Assembly (NCBI GenBank): GCA_028534125.1
Contig: CM052818.1
Coordinates: 42,720,001 to 42,784,000 of the forward strand
Direction of reading: 5' to 3'
Length of the DNA stretch: 64,000 nt
DNA from: Lama glama
Taxonomy: Eukaryota
Shown here: piece after piece, positions 11,970-24,100 of the stretch
How the letters are laid out: each line of letters begins with the position of its first letter
Position numbering within the stretch: position 1 is the first letter of the stretch
Position numbers and translations under genes: made by a program
The notes under the pieces: generated by a model
What the model saw: the letters and a program-made list of their open reading frames with translations, nothing else
Told to the model about the DNA's origin: nothing
Databases searched by the model: none

Positions 11970-12655
11970 TGTGTTAGGCTGGGTTCTCTAAGAAGCAGAC
12001 ACTAAGGCAAAGTTAAACCTGCAAGGATTTTATCAGAAGACATCCATGTGCAGAAATGAGCAGAGCCAGGGCAGGCCAGGAGAACAGTCAGGTTTGACCC
12101 AGAATGAAGGACAGAAGAGGCGTTTGAGTGGGGATGTCCGAGAATGCTGAGTTCTCCCAGGAAGGCTCAGCAAAGCTGACAGGTGAATCCTTGAGCTGAA
12201 GTCAACTGATGGATGTGTCCCACGTCTCCCAGGAAAGTCTGCAGAAGCAACCCTGCTGGACTCTGTCTTTGGAGCCAGAGCCTTATGTGCGAGCCTGAGG
12301 CGAAAGGAAAGTCAATGATTTTTTGCTCTAGGTTTTATATAAAATTTTGATATATTTGTCCACCATCGTTTTTGCATAAATTTTTATTTAAAATATCTGC
12401 ATCAAACATTATTTATATTTATCACTGAGTTGTTTGGTGCCTCTTAAATTTTTGCACCAAAAGCAAGTGCCTCACTTGCCTCCTGCTGGTCTAGGTCCTG
12501 ACTGATGCAGGGCAGCCAGGCTGAGGTGGCCTCAGTGCACCAGTGATGGGTTTCTGGGTGCACTGGCTGGAGGCCTGTAAGATCCATTCCTGTGATGACC
12601 ATGCCCTCTCTTTGGGAGGAGGAAGTGACAGGACGGGAGGAAGCACCCACCTGGG
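11970..12655 (-). mobile_element. ERVL LTR16-like solo LTR, interrupted by a hAT MITE
   Basis: 'tgtgttaggctgggttctctaagaagcagacactaaggcaaag...tgcaaggattttat' is typical of the LTR16 reverse strand. LTR-like sequence continues after 12500. Confidence 0.65.
12276..12500. mobile_element. Non-autonomous hAT DNA transposon (Tip100/ORSL-like)
   Basis: AT-rich core. Ends are 'cagagcc...gagcctgaggcgaaaggaaa' and 'ggtgcctcttaaatttttgcacc...gcaagtgcctcacttgcctc...ggtcctg', with short CAG...CTG terminal inverted repeats (TIRs). Confidence 0.6.
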
Positions 12656-13130
12656 AGGATATTGTTGGCAGTCGCCAGCACATCTGTCAGGTGCAGGAAG
12701 GATTAGTGGCCCTTGTTTTGAATGAGCTGAGGCAGAAATGCATGTAGATCTGGAGAAGAGAGGCTGGCCGGACTTACTGTGAGACACCATTCAAAGGACT
12801 CCCTGAAAAGAATAAAAGGAATGCGATGCATGTAATATTTAAATAGATTTAACTTTGGGATTTTTAGGGAAAGACCTATCATTAAAACAAGGTGCGTAAT
12901 GAATAGAACCCATAGTCAAAGATTAATCCCTCTTGGCGGGAAGTTGTGTTTGTTTGGGAGTAGACCAGCTGGCCCTTCCCCATAGGCAGCAGATGACCCC
13001 GAAGATGATTTTTCACTCTGAAACTCTAAAATTAACTAAATAATTCTAGGTCAAGGTTGGGTTTAGTAAGTGTTTTGAGACTGCAGCAAATTCCACGTGT
13101 GTGGGACTTCAGATCAGAGCGGAATGACTT

Positions 13131-13602
13131 TGTAACAGAGCAGGGACCCTATGAGGTCTTCCAGGGACAGACCCCTCCCCCACATCCTCTGCTGTAGCTC
13201 CTCTCTGAAGTACCGGATAATAGAATCTCATGAATATTTCCTGAGTTTTTCAGATGCTAAAAATCACCACCAAAGGGAAGAAATTAACTGCTTGATGATC
13301 GAGGGCACGTGGCCTCCAAACCTGGCACCTAGGGGTTGATAGTGTTAACCACCCTGTTCCCTTCACATCAGCCAGTCAGAATTGTGCACGAGCTGATCAT
13401 GGACCTTGGGATCCCCCTCCCTTACCTGGCCTTTAAATACTCTTTGCTGAAATCCTCTGAGGAGTTCGGGGTTTTCTTGGGCACGAGCCACCCCGTCCTC
13501 CTTGCGCTGCCCTGCAATCAACCTTTCTCTGCTCCAAACTCCGACGTTTTGGTTTGTTTGGCCTCACCGTGCATTGGGCACATGAACTTGCATTTGGTGA
13601 CA
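13131..13602 (+). mobile_element. ERV1-like solo LTR (full length)
   Basis: Termini tgtaac...gtgaca. 4-bp TSD ACTT (13127-13130 / 13603-13606), the length typical of class I ERVs. TATA-like tttaaata at 13432. The polyA-signal position reads aatcaa (13516). Confidence 0.9.
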
Positions 13603-13734
13603 ACTTCTTGCTGGAAACCGAGGAAGGTTTCAAGAATCGTGTAACCTCCTTCAGCTCGTTAAGTGTAGAAATTGCTTCTTGTTTCTGATTAATATCTGGT
13701 TACCAGCGTCCAGAACAACAGAGAATGGCACACA

Positions 13735-13990
13735 TTAGACGACTGATAAACATTTGCTGAATGACTATGATTGAATGAACATCTGAAATGTTTATTTAAA
13801 ATAAATGAAGAGTCTGGAATGAAACTCCAGGCAGAGGCAGCATTTTGAGCAAAGGCACGGACGTACAAGAACATCTACTCGTGTGGGAAATAGTGCATAG
13901 TTCAGGGCAGAAGCAAAGAGCAGGGAAGGGAAGGGTGGGCCAGCTGGAAAGGAGCCCAGGTGGAGGAGTCCTGCAGAGAATCGGGCGGAA
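13735..13990 (-). mobile_element. L2 fragments
   Basis: 'ataaacatttgctgaatga' and 'ccaggcagaggcagcattttgagcaaaggcacgga' are L2 motifs. Confidence 0.55.
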
Positions 13991-14789
13991 GGAGCTTGGC
14001 TGATCTGGGTCGGAGCCCATCTCACTGGCAGCTTTCCATTGTGGATGCCCTGTCTTGTCACAGGCTGCTAACTCGGGATCCAGGGTGGCCTTAGTAGTCA
14101 GGTCAGCCCTTCTCTTCCCAGGTCTGTAGAAGGAGACCCACACCTGCTGCCGCACCCCTTCCCTTTGCAGCATGACATTCGCTCTTTAGGCTCCTGGTGT
14201 GCTTACCCTGTGCGAGTCTGCATGGTTTGAGGGACTGGCTGGATCTGAGCGTTAAGATGAGAGCTACAGAGCAGAACTTGACCCAGGAGCGGACTCCACG
14301 TTTCTGGCTGATAAGCTGTGTTTCTGGGCGATCTATGCAGAGTCGGGCATGCCTCGGGAGGTGTCTTGACCCCCAAGAGAAGGAAGAAAAGACTCGAACA
14401 TTTCCAACTAGTGTTAATACATGTTCCTTCATTTTTTTTTTGAACTTGGAAACATAGAAAAATAAAGCAATTATTTTCCTTCTGTTTGAGAAACTATATA
14501 TTGAAAGGAAGCCCACAGCAAAAAACTCTCTGTTGTGTCTGCTGCTCTCTTCACCCTCCGTCGGACGTTGCAGGTGCCTGAAATAAAGTGCCCCAAGCCT
14601 CTTATCTCAGCGCAGACCCTTCTCCCCAGCTGTCTCTCTGCTTCCCATCAGGCTGATAGCTAACAACGTCTGATTGGCGGGTTGGATGATGCGCTTGGCC
14701 CTTTTATTTGGCTTCTGTACAGCACACTCCTTTTCAGTCTTGGCTCTGTGTGCCATCTGTGGGCCAACAATGTGCAACTGACCCCCCCT

Positions 14790-15362
14790 TTTTTTTAGCT
14801 TTTACCATTAATCTATCTATCTTTCTTTCTTTATTGAAGTATAGTTGATTTACAATGTTTCAGCACTATAGGTTATTACAATACATTGAACATAGCTCCC
14901 TGTGCTATACAGTAGGTCCTTATTGTTTATCTGTTTTATATAGAGTAGTTTGTATCTGCCAATCCCCAATCCCTAATTTATCCCTCCCCTGCTCTTTCCC
15001 TTTTGGTAACCATAAGTTTGTTTTCTATGTCCGTGAGTCTATTTCTGGTTTGTAAATAAGTTCATTTGTATCATTTTTTAGATGCCCCATGTAAGTGATG
15101 TCATACGGTATTTGTCTTTCTCTGTCTGACTTACTTCACTTAGTATGATCATCTCAAGGTACATCAGTGTTCCTGCAAATGGCATCATTTCATTCTTTTT
15201 TTTAATGGCTTTAATTTATATTTCTCTGATAACATACAATGCTGAGCAACTTTTCATATTTTTTATGACTGAGTAATATTCCATTGTGTAGATATATGTG
15301 CATGTATATCCTTTATACACACGTCACATCTCCTTTATCCATTCATCTGTCGATGGGCATTT
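14790..15362 (-). mobile_element. L1 3' end (cetartiodactyl-type 3'UTR), 5'-truncated
   Basis: T-rich start 'ttattgaagtatagttgatttacaatgt', then 'ctccctgtgctatacagtaggtcct', 'ggtaaccataagtttgttttctatgtccgtgagtct', 'tctgacttacttcacttagtatga'. Confidence 0.9.
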
Positions 15363-15659
15363 GCAACCTCCCATGTATTTAGACATCTGGGACATGAGAA
15401 GCTAGTCTGGTCCCCAAGGTCCCTAGATTTTTCTTATCTGGAAAGAAAAATTTTTTAAAAATCACACAAATCTTAATTTCCAGATTAATAAGAAATTTAA
15501 ACCTTTGTGCATGATACCAAAGTGTGTTGGGTGGGATAAGCAACCTTCCAGATGACCTCCTTGGCTCTTAAAGTAGTTGTTTATCTCATCTGAATCCAGC
15601 TAAGATGATCGGTGGATACTACCTGTCAGATGATGGGCAATAGGACATGTGTTGACTCT

Positions 15660-15835
15660 AGTCCCCTCAAGGGCCATCAGGTAGAGGTGTCACTGCCTCC
15701 AGTTCATGACTGTGAAATCCCAGGTTCAGGGAAGACCTGTAACTTGCCTCTGGTCACTCAGCTGATGGACAGTGGTTCTAGAATTCTAGTTCATGTGGGT
15801 TGGATTTCTGTGTCTGACTCTTTGCTGTCCTTTCT
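15660..15835 (-). mobile_element. MIR fragment
   Basis: 'gtaacttgcctctggtcactcagctgatggacagtgg...tctgtgtctgactc'. Confidence 0.55.
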
Positions 15836-16829
15836 GTTTCCTCCCACTGACTGACAATGAGGGTCTGATTTCCAGGGATAGCATTGTTACGTATCAATTT
15901 AGGCATAATTGTCTTTTGATTCGATGAGTCACTAGGCATGGGAGCAGTGACTCCCTGCCAGAAGAGCTCCCCCAAATAGTGCTGGGCGTGGCTTCCACTA
16001 GGGTTCAACTTTATTGATGAGACTGTTTCAATCAAGTTTTATGATCAGTTGTAATTAGCACTCCTGTGGCTGCTAATTCATCTTTTAATTCATTTTTCTT
16101 TTTTCAGTCTGCAGCTGAATTGGTGGCTAAAAAGACTCAAAAATTTTCTTGACTTTGAAAGAATCCATTTCCAACTGCATTGCTGTTATCCAAACCCCAC
16201 CAAAAAGACAGAGCAGGGAACCATCCATGGAGATCATGTGGGAAGATATTTATGTAAAACAAGCTGATTGTATATGGATTCTTGTGGCAAGGGGGTGACA
16301 GATTCACCATGAATTAAAACCATACCACTCTGGGATCTTTCAGAACGGACTTACATTTTTCCATTTAAGAATGCCACTTTTATGATTATTCCAGGTACAG
16401 GAATTGATGTCTTTCCTTGGGCTTCGGGTATCCAGTGGGGAGTGCCATTTATGCGAGCTGATCCCTGTGTTAAAGCTCGTGCTATTAAAAACGCTGTGCT
16501 CTTAAATATTTATAATGAGAAAAGTAATATTCAGCATCTTACATGCATTATTAACAGTTTCTAAATACATCTTCTAAGTCAATTACAGTGTGTGTTGTAC
16601 CCTTGCCATCGAAATTTACCTTCCCATTTCAGTTATTACATTTGCGGCCTAGGAATGATGGGTCCCCGAGGAGTTTTGTGACCCAGATTCAGTTTCCATA
16701 TGTTCAGTGCTTCCTGGGGTTTCATATGCATTCACGACTACTCATATGTGTATTCATACTCATATAAAATTAAAATGTCTCATTATTGAGATTTCAAGAA
16801 CATATTAAAAGATAGAGTACTTGACTGAA

Positions 16830-16940
16830 CTTTGGATGACCTGAGTTCTAGTCCTGGCCTCGCTGCTGACTTGCTGGGTGCTTTGGGCAGTCCTTTCTAG
16901 CTTCATTTCCCTCATGGGTGAAATGAGGATTTGGGAGTAG
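16830..16940 (+). mobile_element. MIR fragment
   Basis: 'gacctgagttctagtcctggcctcgctgctgacttgctgggtgctttgggcag...cttcatttccctcatgggtgaaatgagga'. Confidence 0.7.
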
Positions 16941-17224
16941 ACAGCATATTTCCTGCAGAGCACAGGCAGGCTCAAGCCACACACCTGACAGGCTGGAGGA
17001 AAGACAGTTACAGTCACCTGACAGAGTCTGGCCCATGAGACATGCAGCAGGGACTGGATTGTGCCACAGGCAGGTGTAATTTTCCTGCTTAGGGTGAGGA
17101 TGGTGGTCAGTTTGTACCTTGTGGCTAAAACTTACTCAGAAGGAAAGGGATCAATTCACTGTCAGTCATCCTGGAGCAAGAAATGCTGTGATTCTTAGAA
17201 GGAAGGAGGGGAAGACTTTCGTAT

Positions 17225-17570
17225 TAGTGTTGACTGAATGTCTGTCTCCCCACACACATTCATATGTTGGAATCCTAGTCCCCATTGTGATGATATTAGG
17301 AAGTGGGACTTGGGAAAGTGACTAGGTCATCAAGGTGGAGCCCTCATGAATGGGAGTAGTGCCCTTTTAAAAGGGACCACAGAAGGCCCCCTCCTCTCTT
17401 CCACCAAGTGAGGACATGGCCGTCTGTGAACAAGGAAGTGGATCCTCACCAGACACCAAGTCAGCCTGTGCATTGACCTTAGATTTCCAAACCTTCAGAA
17501 CTGTGAGAGATAAATGTTGTTTATAAGCCAGCAGTCTGTGGTGGTACAGCAGCCCTAACAGACTGCGACA
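17225..17570 (+). mobile_element. MaLR solo LTR, MLT1A-like
   Basis: 'attcatatgttggaatcctagtccccattgtgatgatattagga...ggtggagccctcatgaatggga...ccttcagaactgtgagagataaatgttgtttataagcca...gactgcgaca'. Confidence 0.9.
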
Positions 17571-19189
17571 TTTATCTAGTGGAGATCTTAACCCACAAAT
17601 GTGGAAATGCCTAGAAAGTATATAGGGCAAAGTTAGAGTTGGCTCTGACAAGAAGTGGGGCAGGAGTTGGGATTCTGAGGCTGGGTCTGTGTCAAGGGGT
17701 TTTAGAGTTTCCACTCCTAGCGAGTGCGCATGATTCTCTCTGTTTACTTAGATCCTGGGGTCTTAGTATGTCTTCCTGACGTAACTTGGCTGTGAGTTCT
17801 GCTATGGGAAATCAAGGAGATCCGTGTCCCTCCCTGTGATACGGGCTGGGGTGTCAGGGAGGCCGGTGATGCTAGGACCCTAGTCAGTGGCTGCAGAGGA
17901 AGAAGCATGGAGACTGGCCCCGGGAGGAGGACTGGAGGAACTTGTGTCAGGACCTATGAGTCGCAATCCTCTGGGAAGCCCAGAGATCTAACAGGTGAGG
18001 GCAGGATGTGTGTTTGAGGAAGGATAGAGAGGTATGATCATCTTACTACCTGCCATGCTGAAGATTTTATCTTCCACCTAGCAAATGGGAGATAGCTAAA
18101 GGCTTTTGAGCCAGGTGGCAATAGATCATATTTATATTTCGTAAAGGAAACCATGGAGGCAGTGTGGGGAGGTCCTGGGGAAGAAAGATGCACAGCGGTC
18201 CGATGTCACTCTTTGCATCCTACGTCAGGCTTCGTAAATGCTGGAAACTCAATATGGGGCTTCAGATGTTTGGAGTGGTTGGTCTGGTTATCTCATGTTC
18301 TCATTTTGGAATCCAGGTTTTCCCTACTCCCTCTAAACTCCTCAACAGAGCAGAGGACAACTAACCATGGCTCTAGGTTTGCATTTATCAAATTGGTAAC
18401 CATCCCTCTTTGAAGACTTCTAAAAGAAAAAGAGGGAAAATGCAAATGTGTGTGTATGTGTGTGTGCACACGCGTGGGTGTACACATGCCTGCCTGTGTG
18501 TGTGCACATCCAAGTGTGTGTGTGCTGATTGGACTTGACGACATGGCACCACAAGTGCGGGAGGAAGAAGTCACCAGCCCGAGAAATCATGTGCCCTTGT
18601 TCACGCCCTGTGACAATTAGCCCTTTAACTCTGGGTAGATCGCAGCCAACCCGGGACTGTCTTTCCTTCTCTGTCAAATGGAGGTAGGGAGGGAACTAGA
18701 CTTCTAAGACCCTTGTCAGATATAACATTTTTATTTTATAAATAATTCCTTCCATCCTCTCTTAGAGCTGGTACCCAGTTTACAGACATTGTGAATTGTT
18801 TCAATTCCATGGCATGCTATCTATTTGATGTAGGGGAAAAAAATAACAGAAAAAAGAGGGAAGAATATATTAGATTTGACCTTGGCAGTTTCATTTTAAA
18901 AAATGTCTTCAAAATGGCATGAACAAGCGAAAAATAATCTAAGCAAACAACAGATAGACCTTTTACCATGGAAACCGTGAGACAATAGATGTGTGCTGTC
19001 GATGTAAGAGAAACTGACAGTATGAACATATAACACTCAGTGGGAAAATTTCCGCCTTGCGGAAGAGCCGGATAAAATAAGATCTTTTGGTATCTACACA
19101 TCTATAAGAAATGAAGTTCTGAATTCAGAAATATGATGATATTACATTTGCTTATATTAAAACAAGACAAAGTTTGATAAATGCTAGGG

Positions 19190-19416
19190 CAAATTTTTTC
19201 AATGGCAGCACTATTGAGATTTTGGACCAGATAATTTTTCATCATGGGAGGCTGTTCTGGGCACTGGAACTTGTTTAGCAATATCACTGGCCACAAACTT
19301 GATGCCAGGAGCATCCCCTCCCCTCATCCCCAAGTTGTAGAAATTAAAAATATCTCCAGACATTATGAATAGGAACAAAATTGGTGAACAGAATTACCAC
19401 CATTTGAGAATTACTG
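19190..19416. mobile_element. MER20 (hAT-Charlie MITE)
   Basis: 'ggcagcactattgagattttggaccagataattt...gatgccaggagcatcccc...ttgtagaaattaaaaatatctccagacatt...ttgagaattactg'. Approximate 8-bp TSD tgctaggg/tcctaagg. Confidence 0.85.
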
Positions 19417-19444
19417 TCCTAAGGGTCAAGATTTTTCAAGAGTA

Positions 19445-19680
19445 AGTAAGCATAGGCTTTTGAGCCAGACAGACCTGGATTTGATTCTTCGTTCTGCTAT
19501 TTACTAGCTGGTTAATCTCAGAAAAGTGACCTGTCCTTCCTAAGCTTTGGTTTCTCCATCTGTAAAATGGAGATAGTACTGACCATCTCCCAGGATAGCA
19601 TGAGGATCAGATTAGACAGGATAACAAATGTGAAGGGTCTGGAACACAGGTGCCCAGCGTGGCAAAGCCATGCTGGTGAC
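19445..19680 (+). mobile_element. MIR (near full length)
   Basis: 'gagccagacagacctggatttgattc...ttactagctg...tttctccatctgtaaaatggagatagtac'. Confidence 0.85.
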
Positions 19681-19824
19681 GACAGGGAGCAAGGAGGATG
19701 CAAGCCCTATTCTAGGTTAGGAAAAGACACAAATGATGAGTAGTTGCTTGCATTTATGTATGGATGCGGGAACCAGCATCAGGACCCCTAAATGTTCACA
19801 GCACCTTTAATCACAGTAGAGAAA

Positions 19825-20030
19825 GCAGAGCTAATGTTTACTGCGTGTCTATTAGGCATTGTAGTCCCTTTGTATTCATTATCTTCTTTAGTCTCCCAGT
19901 ACCCATTTGTGATATAATTTATGAGCCCAGTTTTCAGATGGGATAACTGAGGTTCAGTGAGATAAAGGATCCCATCCAGAGTCCTAGAGTAATGTCAGGT
20001 TTGTCCAATTTCAGAGCCCCCTTTCCTCCA
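19825..20030 (-). mobile_element. MIR
   Basis: 'cccagttttcagatgggataactgaggttcagtgagataaag'. Confidence 0.7.
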
Positions 20031-20834
20031 AAATAAGATTGGAGGCCAGGGATAACCAGCACTGAAATCATTATGTTTGAATAAGAGAGGAATTAATATG
20101 AATCTGAAAGGGGATGACTTTGCTCGCAACATTTCTTTCCTGAACATAAATCATTAGAGCTGAGTGAGTCTGTTTCAAGAGCTGAGCTGCAGGAACCATT
20201 ACAAGTGTTCAGGGGCGTACGCGCCTCCATTTGCAAAATACAGGGTCTGCTTTGTAGCGTGGATTCACTGCACGAGGAAAGTTCATGCCGCACATTAATT
20301 TATTCTAATATACAATTAAAAATTCAGTCGACTAGATTTTCCTTTGTCAGCGCACTTCTGCAGAAGCTGTGCCTAAGAGAAGCCTTTCTTCCAGTCCCCC
20401 CTGGCCCCAATCTTTCACGCCAGTTGAGGGGAAAACCCTCTGATTCATGGGTCAGAGAATTGGGTTGTGTTGCTTTTGAAATATCGGTGCATGGTAGGAA
20501 CGGTTTCCAATTACAGGGGGCTGAGTGCACAATCCCAGCCCTGTTCTATTTAAATAACTGCTGAATCGCCAAGGCTGCTTTCCTGTTTCTAGCTCCCTGA
20601 ACAAGTAAATAATGGAAAAAGAGGGGGAAAAATATCAGCATTTGTAATAAATAACCATACAACCTTGGTGTTGGAACCTCTTTTCTTGATCGTATTTCCT
20701 CCCCCATCGCAACCCCTTTTTTCCTAATAGAATTCTGAAATAAAAGTTGCCTTTCTAGATAAAACTTAAGCTGCAAACTTAACTTTTCTTTGCACATTTA
20801 GGAATGCTTCCAGCAGCTTGTCAGTGGGAAATCA

Positions 20835-21110
20835 TACCAACTTTGGGGTCACACAGACTTAGTGTTCAATCCCAGTGCTGTTCACAGCCAACGTTACCAA
20901 TGGAATTATCTCTTACCTTGTGGAGTTTGAATTACATGGAATTTGAAATCAAACTAACCTGATCAGGGAACTTAATTTTTGTGAACGTCTGTAAAATGGT
21001 CAGGTCATCATATGACTTGCAGGATGAGAACCAGAGTAACATACGTGAAATTGCTTGCATAGTTCCTAATACACAGCAGGCATTTGGCAAAGAGATGCTA
21101 TTATTTCATT
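20835..21110 (+). mobile_element. MIR
   Basis: 'cacagacttagtgttcaatcccagtgctg...tctgtaaaatgg...tgcatagttcctaatacacagcaggcattt'. Confidence 0.6.
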
Positions 21111-24100
21111 GTTTTCATCCATTTCCTTATTAGACATAAACATATAATGGACTATTGTTCAATTTATGTTGTAAAATATACAGAGCTGGTAGAATGCAAG
21201 TTGCATTGACGGCAAATACACAGATGGGTTTAAAAAGCAGAAGTCTGTGTGTACCAGAGGTTGGCATTCTTTTAGGGATGAGCTGTGGGCTTTGTGAGCT
21301 GTGTTATGACACGTGGGTAATGGGGCTTAGAGGTACTCGTCATTCAATGCTTAATTACTGCGGGGAGAGATGGGAGGGGGCAGGGGTGATAGACATGGGA
21401 ACACAGGCTTGCTGCCTGCCTGTCCCTGAGTCACCGAGATAACGGGAGTACCTTTTGATGACACCATCTCTGACTGACAGGCCCAGGGAGGCAGAGGCGG
21501 GTGTGCTGGCAGGCAATGGTATTAACCAAAGGATGGCGGACGTCCCCTAGGCAACCTGATTTAAAGGAGTCATTTGGTCCAGGCCCAGCTGTTGTTTGAA
21601 TCCCTGCTCCATCTTGCCAGCAAGGCATCTCCCAGTCTCTGCCTGGGCCCCTGAGCCGTGCTGAGCTCACTGCTTTTGAAAGGGCTCAGTTGTAAACGTC
21701 AGGGAAGAGATTTCTCCACTGGGTGGAGCCTGGCCTTGTCTGCCTGGGTCCTTGTTCTGACCTCTGGGTGTGTGCTAAGTGAGTCTGTTTTCTTCTTCAT
21801 GTGAGGCCTTCTAGATCTCGATGCCACCTGTCATTTCCTCTGCGTCTCACTGGATGGCTCGTCAGGGACTGTGCTGGCAGTGGATCTGATACTTAGAGTT
21901 ACAGGGAGGAGGTGGAGAAGCTGTAGCACTGGGTGGAACTGGAAATTGCTGACGTGGGGGGTCTTCGTCCTTCTCCGAGTCACCCTTGCATGCAGAGATG
22001 TGTCCTTATTCCCATCCCTGGAACTGTCTCTCTGTGTCACTTCCTGTGAAACGGGGATGATAATATTTCCTAAATTTGTGAGTCTCAAATGAAAAACTGT
22101 GTGAAAATACTGTGTAAATTGTGAACCATCAGGCACGTGACAGTGGATCTCATGACCATGACTGATAACATTTCATCCTTCTCTCACTCTTTTTTTTTTT
22201 AAATTAGTCCCAGAGAAATTTCCAAGAAGTGTTGCTAACCCATAGAGTCTCCTCACACTTTTGCTTTTACTGTGACATGTTTGGAAAAGGTGTCACGCTG
22301 GGTACTTGTCAACCACATAGACTGTAGATAGATGGCCTTGCCACTGCCCAGGCCAATGTGGCATGAAAACATTCAAGCTGGAATTTAGGTCAGTCTCCTT
22401 AATGATGAAAAGTCCCCGCAGATTTGCCACCAGAAACAAACAAGAGGGTGTGTGTCCTTCCTGTCACTGGCATTGGTTCGTCTTGCTAACAGTGTTGCTA
22501 ATTCAGCCACGACAGCTTTGGTGTTGACCTGGAAATTGGCCGCAGCCCAGCCCCAGGCCGTCCTCACTTGGTTGCCAGGGACTCCTTGACTACGGGTATG
22601 GAATGTTCAGCATTGTCTCGGGCTCACAGCTGGGCATTATGCTGGGGGCCAGGGAGCAGGGCGCAAACTCCAGGAGTTCCCAGATCTATGAGAGATTCAC
22701 AGACTCGCTCAATCACAGTAACCAGTGGAGGGCTGGGAGAGGGCTTCCTGGTGCTATGGGAAGGGAGGACCACCTCCACCCCCAGCCCAGGCAGAGGTCT
22801 CTTCGCTCCTCTGGACCCCACCGTGATCATTTATATACACCTCTGTCTCCCATTGTGGCGTCTACCTGTGGCATTTATGAGTTGACCACATACTCCTGAC
22901 TCCCATGGGACCATGTGCTTTCCAAAGCTGGGTTTGCTGATTGATCTGCTATGAACAAGCATGGTTTCTGACACAGTCATTGATAAATGTGCCGTGAATG
23001 ACAACTGAGATTAAAGAAAGATTTCTTAAAGAAATTTCTGGACGCTCTTTCTGGAAGAAATAGAATTTCAATGAGCTAAAAAAGGATAACATTTCAGGTG
23101 TGAGCCCTTTGAGCAAAGGCTGGGCGGTGGGAGAGCTGGCCTCTTTGGGAAGGGCCTGGCTTAGAGGACGGGATCCAGGCTCACAGTGGAACACCTGTCC
23201 TGGGACACTGGGTACCATTTGGAACTCACTGATGGGCCTGAAGCTCTTGGAACAGGTGTGTTGTCTGGTGCCTCCTATGAAGCTGAGTTCACTGAGTCTC
23301 AGAGTAAACACGTGGCTGAAGTTCACAGAGCCAAGTGGCTGACCTGGGATTTGAAGACCCCTGTCTCTGAAGGCCATTGCATCACGTGGCCAGGTGCCTG
23401 AGCTGTATTTATTGGAGGTTCACTGTCAACCTGAACTTGATGCACTGCTGAGCCCTGCCTCCCCTGAGCACGCACGCTTCCCACCCCATACTCTCTTCTG
23501 AAGGAGTCTTTCTCTGGAAGGTGTTCTCTTCACTCTCTTCCTCATATACCATGTTTTCACCAGAGATGGGCTCAGTGGAGATCATTAGAAATCATTGCCT
23601 TTCACTCTTTGTTTAGACCCAGGGAAACGAGGCCCCCATGGGTAGTCCCCGGCCGAGCGCCCCTGAGAACAGGATGGGGCGAGCGAATCCAGGTCTCCTA
23701 ACTCGTGTCGTTCCAATTGGCCTACGTGGAAAGAAGCCTGGAGAATGTGTCGTTCCACTTAGAAGCTGCTACCAGGGAGAGTTTAACATATGGCAGGTAT
23801 TTTTAATTGTAGAAATTAAGGGCACTTTCCTTAGATGGGAAAACTCATTTTGGAAAAGTGATTTCCATGTTGACAAAATATTTAACTCCACCCATCTGTT
23901 ACTACAGTTATTTACGAAACATCCATGCCTGGTTTTGCCTAGATTCTGTCCTTCGAGACTTGTGGGTGGCAGATCAATCCTGTTCCGATAGGTCCCAGGA
24001 CACACATGCAGAATAAACAGCCAACTGAATGAATAATTTTTGAGCACCATTCTGTAGGGGGCCTAAGATCCAGGGCCACGAAGGCTGCGTAATTCAGCCA

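Noticed and set aside
9812..13602. Intact provirus between the two related LTRs
   Set aside because: The LTRs are inverted relative to each other, the right one has its own TSD, and there is no gag/pol homology in between.
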